Positions 58,301-64,000 of a stretch of 64,000 nucleotides of DNA are shown piece after piece. The notes beneath the pieces were generated by a model. That model did no database searches. It had not been told where the DNA came from and worked only from the letters and a program-made list of their open reading frames with translations. This DNA comes from Polyangiales bacterium (lineage in GTDB: Bacteria > Myxococcota_A > Polyangia > Polyangiales > Polyangiaceae): positions 32,001 to 96,000 of the forward strand of contig JBBRLQ010000020.1 in NCBI GenBank assembly GCA_038231275.1, given 5' to 3'. Made by a program: the position numbers and the translations under genes. The first letter of the stretch is position 1; the number at the start of each line of letters is the position of its first letter.

Positions 58301-58929
58301 ATCGCGCGGGGACCAAGTGGCCCGAAGCGCGCCGCTGGGGTCCGCCGCGAACCGCCAAGGCGTTCAAGGACGTGCTCGGGGATCGGGGTCGAACCTTCAA
58401 GAACGTGCTCCTCCGGGCGCGCGGGCCGAGCGTCGGCATCCTCCTGGGACTGGAGGGCGGCCTCCATCGCTTCCACGACGTGCACCCCGACGTCCGCCCC
58501 TGCCACATGCTCGCGATGCGCATCGCCTTTCGCGCGACGCTCAAGGACGACGACTGGCTCTCGCCGACGATCGCGCCGCCTCTACCCGCCGCCGCCGATC
58601 ACGCGCGCCGACAACAACCCACGCGCGAGGTGCTCGCCAACGAAGGGGTCGTCCACGTCTTCGCCAAGCGCGCGGTCCTCAAGATCCCGCTCGCCGACTA
58701 CTGGTCCCGCTTCGACGAGATCGCGCTCGAGCACCTGCTTCTCTTCGAGACGCGCGACGATCTCGATCGCGACGTGACCCTCGCCGCCATCTTCGAAGAC
58801 GAGTGGGACGACGTCACGGAGCTCGTTCGCCAAGGGCACCTCATCGAGGCGAACAAGCGGTACCGCGAACGCGCGGGAGTCGGGCTCAAGGAGGCGAAGG
58901 ACTACGTCGACTCGCTGAGGGGCAGCTGA
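55396..58929 (+). CDS. ClpA/ClpC-like double AAA+ ATPase with release-factor-like and L7/L12-like C-terminal regions (paralog 1)
   Basis: D1 GEPKVGKT, FPGKA; D2 GPTGVGKTEL, RFDMSEY, LLDEIEKAHP, GRLTD, IMTSNLG; C-terminal LGLEGGLHRF and GVGLKEAKDYVD. Confidence 0.88.
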   Translation: MRPVTLRTRILVRELASGEVLAIPVCDPAHASFGGEEDALLEQSMFLSEHLARARPETVARFAIPEGTRLHITRVLVPREELPHAVAVTQPIEIPSVVIPSTARAKSDAWVVIVPLDYTFFVPAGEDLDEAVKSEVLRLVAAEEAGATHYLGLLPGVHDRLEPLDVRIDRSSDGPAGRAASHRKAIAQREKRKHAVLVLESVATPLHQDEARARPMLGRDADAKLLAGILGGDERQSVVLVGEPKVGKTALFRAWLAAEVEAGRPRLVYATSGAQLIAGMSGLGQWQERVRRVMDAAHTLDAILYFDDLADLFSERAHGIDLGGAMKPWLEEGRVRLVGELAKDRAEVVESRHVGFFSCTSRIRLEPMSPVQALVALRAHAAADGKHEPHAVQVADDALVAICDLAERYLPYEAFPGKAARLYDDLRASQELGRSRAEGAPAPRLSAGDVFDWFSVRTGVPPFLLRDDAALRQEWIAAHFDRRLIGQDDAKARVRGTIAVVKAGLQPAGKPLATFLFVGPTGVGKTELARATAELLFGHADRLVRFDMSEYTDPWAAERLIRGTERGDGLLTRKVREQPFSVVLLDEIEKAHPAVFDLLLQVCGEGRLTDGRGKTAYFHNTILIMTSNLGAAHRRGAVGFEGTGASDDGYYVKEVEKTFRPEMVNRIDRIVAFRTLTRDEIRAVTRLTVERVRTRRGLAQGALELVVSDAALAHLAERGFSDAYGARALRRHVEDHLTTPVARLLTSLTHGGGRDIVDVRTADEPEYEGTSNLVTRASSGGLVFSLLGKPRGLTAPMTSVWALSELRRELQKYMRLDRVTELKAQLEFVIAQLSYGEPGKKKKGSELARAGSEVGRLSSEHHKLHEVWSALEGAYTDLQSAEELGFAAFFAGERFDALLEEAHAIKARFRAGLLQALTCRDPKRFGVTLLLQELDDGRAFDAWLAPLLDACDARGWELELHVDANTKEDRAGTKWPEARRWGPPRTAKAFKDVLGDRGRTFKNVLLRARGPSVGILLGLEGGLHRFHDVHPDVRPCHMLAMRIAFRATLKDDDWLSPTIAPPLPAAADHARRQQPTREVLANEGVVHVFAKRAVLKIPLADYWSRFDEIALEHLLLFETRDDLDRDVTLAAIFEDEWDDVTELVRQGHLIEANKRYRERAGVGLKEAKDYVDSLRGS

Positions 58930-58931
58930 CG

Positions 58932-61900
58932 ATGCACGTCACCGTCCCGGTCTATCAGAAGCGCGCAGGCCAGAACCTGGAGTGGATCACGCTCGGCCTC
59001 GGCACGCACACCAAGACGCGGGCCGGCACCAACGCGCAGAAAATCCAGGAGAAGCTCACCGACGATCTGCGCCGCGCCGCCGAGGGGGCTCCACCGCGCG
59101 ATCTCCCGTCGTTCCAGCTCAAACGCGGGACTCGCCTCGAGCGCGTGCGCGTCGAGCTCGTGTTGAAGAGCGAGGGACAGAAGCGGAAGCCCTCCGGTCT
59201 CGTCCCGGTGATCGTCGAGCCGCGCGAGGCCGGCGACGGCGCGCGCTTCGTCATCGCGTACCACCCGGCGCGTCAAAGCGAGTGGTTCCCCGTCCGCGAG
59301 GGACAGACGCTGGCCGAGCAAGCCAAGGCGTTCTTCCAAAAGGCGTGGGCGGGCCTCGACGACGAGGCGCTCGGCCTCCTCTGGTCGAACGGCCGCGATC
59401 TGCTGAAAATTCTAGCGTTCTCCTTTCGCCCGCGATCGCTGCTCGACGAGCTGCCCGACAAGAAGAAAGGCATCTGGGACGATCTCGACGCGGATCCGGC
59501 GCGGCAGAAGCAGAAGAAGGCGCCGGCCGGCATGCAGGTCTTGCCGCGGCTCGGCGTCGATCTCACCGCGCGCGCCGAGACTCGCCGCGACCAGGCCAGG
59601 CCGCGCCCGCCCTACCGCGAGCAGCTCCAGAGCCTCCTCTCTGCGGCGAAGAAGCAGTCGACGCTGCTGGTCGGCGCGCACGGGGTCGGGAAATCGACGC
59701 TGCTCGATCAATGGATCTTGGATCTGATGGAGGCGGAGGACTTCCCGTCGCACCGGAACCTCGACCGCGTGACCCACGTGTGGTCGCTGGGCGGCAAGCA
59801 GCTCATCGCCGGGATGTCGTATGTCGGCGATTGGGAGAAGCGCTGCGTCGATTTGCTCGAGGACGTACGCGGTCGCAAGGTGGTCCTCATCGTCCACGAT
59901 TTGCACCTTTTCGGGCAGATCGGCCGCGCGCGGGACAGCGATCGCGCGCTCGCCGATTTCTTCCGCGGGCCGCTCGCGCGCGGGGAGATCGTCCTCGCCG
60001 GCGAGTGCACGGCCGAGCAGCTGCGGCGCCTCGAGGAGGACGCGCCGGCCTTCGCGGCGCTTTTCGCGCGCGTCTTCGTCCGCGAGGCGACGAGCGAGGA
60101 GACCTTCCGCATGATGGTCGGCACTGCGCGGCGGCTCGAGATGGAGAGGAACGTCACGTTCGACGCGTGGGCCTTCCAGACGATCCTCGAGCTCGGCGCC
60201 GCGCTCTTCCCGTCGCACGCGCTGCCGGGAAAGGCCATCGACATGCTCGAGCGCCTCGCCCACGAGCACGACGCGGAAGAAGGCGACGATGCGACCGACA
60301 TCGACGGCGATCTGGTCACCGATCACTTGACCGAGCGCACCGGCCTCCCGTACCGCCTGATCTCTCCGGGCGGCACGCTGAAGCAGAGCGACGTCGAGGC
60401 AGCGCTCGCGCTGAAGGTCATGGGGCAGCCCGAGGCGGTCGCGGCCGCCGCCGATGTCGTGGTGCGCGTGCGCGCAGGGCTCACGGATCCGAAGCGTCCT
60501 TACGCCGTTCATCTGTTCACGGGGCCGACGGGCACCGGCAAGACCGAGCTGGCGAAGGCGCTCGCCGAGTACCTGTACGGCGGGCCGTCGCGCCTCCTCC
60601 GGCTCGACATGAGCGAGTTCGGCTCCGCAGACGCCGTCGCGCGTCTCATCGGCGACGCGTGGACGCCGGACGGTCTCCTCACGAGCGCGATCAAAGAGCA
60701 GCCGTTCAGCGTAGTGCTCCTCGACGAGATCGAGAAGGCGCATCCCGCGGTGCACAACCTCCTCCTCCAGCTCTTCGACGAGGGCCGCCTCACCGACGCG
60801 GCGGGCAACGCGGTGAGCTTCCTCCAGTCGGTCGTGGTGATGACGTCGAACCTCGGCGCACGCACGCGGCCGCCGATGGGGTTCACGGAGGCGCCCGATC
60901 AAGTGATGCTCGAGATCGCGCGCGCGGTGCGCGAGTTCTTCCCGCCGGAGCTGTGGAACCGCATCGATCGCGTCGTGCCGTTCCGGCCGCTCTCGCGCGA
61001 GGTCGCGGTCGACGTGGCGCAGAAGGAGCTCGCGAAGCTCCTCGGCCGACGCGGACTCGCCGATCGCAACATCTTCGTCCACGCCAACCGCGCCGTGGTC
61101 GAGCGGGTCGCCGCCGACGCGTTCCGCCAAGAGGACGGGGCGCGCTCGCTGAAGCGCTTCCTCGAGGATCGCATCGGGTCGCGCCTCAGCGAAGAGATCG
61201 CGAAGGCCCCCAACGCGGCGCTCCAGGTCGTTCGCCTCTTCGACGGTGAGGACGGCTTCGTCCTCGAGCACGAGCCGCTCGTGGAGGCCGAGCCGTGCGG
61301 AGATCGTTTCGCGCTCGAGCCGCTCCTCGAGCTGCCCTTGGCGGACCTCCAGGCGCGCCTCCCGGAGCTGGTGACGAGCCTCGACGAGATCGAGAAGAGC
61401 CCGCGTTTCCTCGCGATCGAGCAGCAAATCATACGTCTCCTCGCCGCCCGGCGCGAGGGACGGGTCGACGCCGGCGACACGATCTTCGATCTGGATTGGA
61501 CGCGCGCGAGCCTGAAGGCGTTCCGCGACAAGATCGAGCGCCTGAGCGTCGCGTCGCGCGATCTCGGATACGAAGAGCTCGAGGCGCGGCAGTTCGGGAC
61601 GCAAGAGGTCGAGGTCGGCGGCGCGCTCGTGCGCATGCGCGTCCTCTCACGCCTCGGCGAGCGAGACTCGGCGCGCGCCATCACGCGGCGTGAGCTCCTC
61701 GAGTGCTTCGCGCAGGTGCAGTTCCTCGCGCGGGCGCTGGGGAAGGTGCATGACCCCACGCAGCACGCCGTGAAGGTGGAGGTGCTGCCGATCGGGAGCG
61801 CGGCGTCGCTCGCGAAGTGGCTCGCGGCAGCCTACGCGGGAAAGTGGGGGCAGCTCGCCGGCTACGCGACGCTCGCGCGCGGGACGGCGCTCGAGGGAAC

Positions 61901-62342
61901 CGACAAGCGCCACCTCGCCGTCGCGCTCGAGGCGAAGCCGGACCTCATCGTGCTGCGCATCCAGGGCATGTGCGTGCGCGACTTCGCGGAGCTCGAGACC
62001 GGCACCCACGTCTGGCAAGGCGCGACGACGGCCCCGGAGCTGGTGCGCGTGCGCGTGCTCACCGACGACGGTCGCCCGCTCGCCGATCACGTCGAGGAGC
62101 ACCGGCGGCGGCGCGACGCGTTCGAGAAGGCCGCGATCGCCCCGGGGCGCGAGGCCGAGAACCCGTCGCGCCTCCTCCCGATCGCACGCACGATCCGCTT
62201 CGATCCGCCGCGCGCCGGCCTGGCCCCGCTCGCGCTCGAGGATTTCGCGATGGGGCACGGCGGGACGTTCCACGTGAAGACGATCGCCGAGGCGCTCGGC
62301 ACGCTGTGGCTCCTTCGCATGACGCGGGAGGCGCGCGCATGA
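58932..62342 (+). CDS. ClpA/ClpC-like double AAA+ ATPase with release-factor-like C-terminal region (paralog 2)
   Basis: D1 GAHGVGKS, LPGKA; D2 GPTGTGKTEL, RLDMSEF, LLDEIEKAHP; C-terminal AELETGTHVW; starts 2 nt after paralog 1. Confidence 0.88.
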   Translation: MHVTVPVYQKRAGQNLEWITLGLGTHTKTRAGTNAQKIQEKLTDDLRRAAEGAPPRDLPSFQLKRGTRLERVRVELVLKSEGQKRKPSGLVPVIVEPREAGDGARFVIAYHPARQSEWFPVREGQTLAEQAKAFFQKAWAGLDDEALGLLWSNGRDLLKILAFSFRPRSLLDELPDKKKGIWDDLDADPARQKQKKAPAGMQVLPRLGVDLTARAETRRDQARPRPPYREQLQSLLSAAKKQSTLLVGAHGVGKSTLLDQWILDLMEAEDFPSHRNLDRVTHVWSLGGKQLIAGMSYVGDWEKRCVDLLEDVRGRKVVLIVHDLHLFGQIGRARDSDRALADFFRGPLARGEIVLAGECTAEQLRRLEEDAPAFAALFARVFVREATSEETFRMMVGTARRLEMERNVTFDAWAFQTILELGAALFPSHALPGKAIDMLERLAHEHDAEEGDDATDIDGDLVTDHLTERTGLPYRLISPGGTLKQSDVEAALALKVMGQPEAVAAAADVVVRVRAGLTDPKRPYAVHLFTGPTGTGKTELAKALAEYLYGGPSRLLRLDMSEFGSADAVARLIGDAWTPDGLLTSAIKEQPFSVVLLDEIEKAHPAVHNLLLQLFDEGRLTDAAGNAVSFLQSVVVMTSNLGARTRPPMGFTEAPDQVMLEIARAVREFFPPELWNRIDRVVPFRPLSREVAVDVAQKELAKLLGRRGLADRNIFVHANRAVVERVAADAFRQEDGARSLKRFLEDRIGSRLSEEIAKAPNAALQVVRLFDGEDGFVLEHEPLVEAEPCGDRFALEPLLELPLADLQARLPELVTSLDEIEKSPRFLAIEQQIIRLLAARREGRVDAGDTIFDLDWTRASLKAFRDKIERLSVASRDLGYEELEARQFGTQEVEVGGALVRMRVLSRLGERDSARAITRRELLECFAQVQFLARALGKVHDPTQHAVKVEVLPIGSAASLAKWLAAAYAGKWGQLAGYATLARGTALEGTDKRHLAVALEAKPDLIVLRIQGMCVRDFAELETGTHVWQGATTAPELVRVRVLTDDGRPLADHVEEHRRRRDAFEKAAIAPGREAENPSRLLPIARTIRFDPPRAGLAPLALEDFAMGHGGTFHVKTIAEALGTLWLLRMTREARA

Positions 62343-64000
62343 GCAAGAAGAGCCTTCGCGTGTATTTCGTCGACCACGGCGTCGAGAAGAAGTCCGGCAT
62401 GCTCCTCCGCGTGTGGGACAACTTCTTCGACCGCCCGCCGCCCGCCGCGTTCGGCGCGAGCGAAGCCGACATCCTGGAGCAGCTGGAGCAGCAGCTCGCC
62501 GAGCTCGAGGCAGAGACCGCGGGCGAGCTCGAGCGCTACCTGTGGGACGAGACCTTCGCGACGCGCGAGGTGCGCATCGTCGTGCACCCGCGCTCCTCGA
62601 TCAAGAAGCGCGCAGTCATCGGGAAGAAGGAGATCCCGATGACGCTGACGTATGCATACTGCAAGCTCCCGGGCGGAGGCTTCCGCGTGATGGTGCCGCG
62701 CTTCGGCGGGTGGTTCATCCTCGAGGATCTCGCGCTGGCCCCCGAGGTGCTGCGCCACGCGGTGTCGAGCTGGCTGCTCGGCGAGAACCCGCGCTGGGTC
62801 TACGACTTCCGTCACGAAGGCGAGGAGGTCGTTCGCGAGTGGGCGCCGGCGATCTTGAAGCGGACGCCACCGCGCGCGTCCACCGAGGCCGCGGGCGACG
62901 CGATGCCGACGACCGCGCAGGTCGCCGAAGAGCTCGTCGAGCGCGCGGCGAAGGGGAAGCTGCCGATGCCGGTCGGCGCGTCCCCGGAGCTCGCGCGCGC
63001 GACCAGCGATCTCGCGAAGCTGCCGCCGACGTCGATCCTCCTCGTGGGCCCCAGCGGCGTCGGCAAGACGGCGTGGGTGCGCCGCGCCGCGCATCTGTTC
63101 GTGACCTGGCGACGGCAGCCGAACAAGAAGGCGCCGCGCATCTGGGCGACGAGCGCGGACCGGATCATCGCGGGGATGGTCTACCTGGGCCAGTGGCAGG
63201 AGCGGTGCATCGCGCTGGTGCGCGAGCTGTCGCACGAGGGGGACTACCTCTACGTCGATCGCCTGGCGCCCCTCCTGCGGCCGCAGCCCGACGGCTCCAG
63301 CATCGCGGACTTCCTCGAGCCCGCGCTGGCGGCGGGCGAGCTCAGCCTCATTGCAGAGTGCACGGAATCGGAGCTCGAACGCATGCTCCGCGAGCGCCCG
63401 ACGCTGGTGGGTCGCTTCTCGCTCGTGCGCATCGCCGAACCGTCGCAAGAGGCGGTGCTGGAGCTCGTGGGCCTGTACGCGCAGAAGCGCGGCGGGACGG
63501 CGCTGCACGCGTCCAGCCTGAAGCGAATGGTTCGTCACCTCGCGTCGTTTCAGCGGTCGACCGCGTTTCCGGGAAAGGCGATTCGCTTCGTCGACTGGCT
63601 CGCGAAGGAAGGGGCGAACAAGACGCTCTATCCGCGCGACGTCTCCGAGGCCTTCTCGCGCTACTCGGGGCTCCCGCTGGAGCTGATCAGCGACGACTAC
63701 CCTGCCAGCGCCGAGGCCCTCGCCGGAGCGCTCAAGGCGCGCGTCGTCGGGCAGGACGAGGCGTGCGACGCGTGCGGACGAATGCTCGCGCGCTTCAAGG
63801 CGATGATGACCGATCCCGAGCGACCGACCGGGGCGCTGCTCTTCGTCGGCCCCACCGGCGTCGGAAAGACCGAGCTCGCCAAGCAGCTCGCGCGCACGAC
63901 GTTCGGCGACGCGAAGCGGATGATCCGCCTCGACATGAGCGAGTACATGCTGCGCGGCGCGGCGAATCGGCTGCTCGACACCTCCCCGGGCGTGCGGAGC
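62339..64000 (+). CDS. ClpA/ClpC-like double AAA+ ATPase (paralog 3, runs off the window end)
   Basis: Translated by hand from the ATGA overlap: MSKKSLRVYF..GPSGVGKT..IIAGMVYLGQWQER..FPGKA..VVGQDEA..GPTGVGKTEL..RLDMSEY. Absent from the ORF track because it has no stop in the window. Confidence 0.85.
   Translation, partial: MSKKSLRVYFVDHGVEKKSGMLLRVWDNFFDRPPPAAFGASEADILEQLEQQLAELEAETAGELERYLWDETFATREVRIVVHPRSSIKKRAVIGKKEIPMTLTYAYCKLPGGGFRVMVPRFGGWFILEDLALAPEVLRHAVSSWLLGENPRWVYDFRHEGEEVVREWAPAILKRTPPRASTEAAGDAMPTTAQVAEELVERAAKGKLPMPVGASPELARATSDLAKLPPTSILLVGPSGVGKTAWVRRAAHLFVTWRRQPNKKAPRIWATSADRIIAGMVYLGQWQERCIALVRELSHEGDYLYVDRLAPLLRPQPDGSSIADFLEPALAAGELSLIAECTESELERMLRERPTLVGRFSLVRIAEPSQEAVLELVGLYAQKRGGTALHASSLKRMVRHLASFQRSTAFPGKAIRFVDWLAKEGANKTLYPRDVSEAFSRYSGLPLELISDDYPASAEALAGALKARVVGQDEACDACGRMLARFKAMMTDPERPTGALLFVGPTGVGKTELAKQLARTTFGDAKRMIRLDMSEYMLRGAANRLLDTSPGVRS

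Noticed and set aside
1..64000. Many long alternative-frame and antisense ORFs in the track (e.g. 55096-58506 -, 38082-40376 +, 11111-12946 +, 42325-44202 -)
   Set aside because: They are Arg/Ala/Pro-rich or antisense shadows of well-supported genes, expected at this GC content, and carry no motifs.
55396..64000. Calling the ATPases clpA, clpB or T6SS clpV
   Set aside because: They lack the Clp N-domain, ClpB middle domain and canonical pore loops, carry extra C-terminal regions, and no T6SS genes are present in the window.

Overview
A very GC-rich bacterial chromosome segment. Gene content suggests a myxobacterium, probably Polyangiales: many Cys-rich orphan lipoproteins, a giant TPR protein, hybrid kinases and several sigma54-type promoters. 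About 55 genes are supported. I saw no rRNA, tRNA, CRISPR array or mobile element. Recognisable content: glyA; an ISC Fe-S operon (iscS-iscU-iscA-hscB-hscA-fdx) headed by a Cys-rich MerR regulator instead of IscR, with cyaY and apaG nearby; hydrolases and an amidase; tam; two-component genes; two acyl-CoA dehydrogenases; a TetR-controlled RND efflux operon with a frameshifted permease and a 13-bp-periodic operator array; mscS; and a GpsA-like protein lacking catalytic residues. The best candidate for an undescribed system is at 55396-64000. At least three tightly coupled, divergent ClpA/ClpC-like AAA+ ATPases lie there. The two complete ones end in a region resembling a GGQ-less class I peptide release factor, and the first also ends in an L7/L12-CTD-like domain, suggesting a possible ribosome-linked unfoldase. 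Other highlights are the MerR-ISC coupling and a lipoprotein resembling heme-thiolate peroxygenases. All family assignments come from motif recognition by eye; no database search was run.
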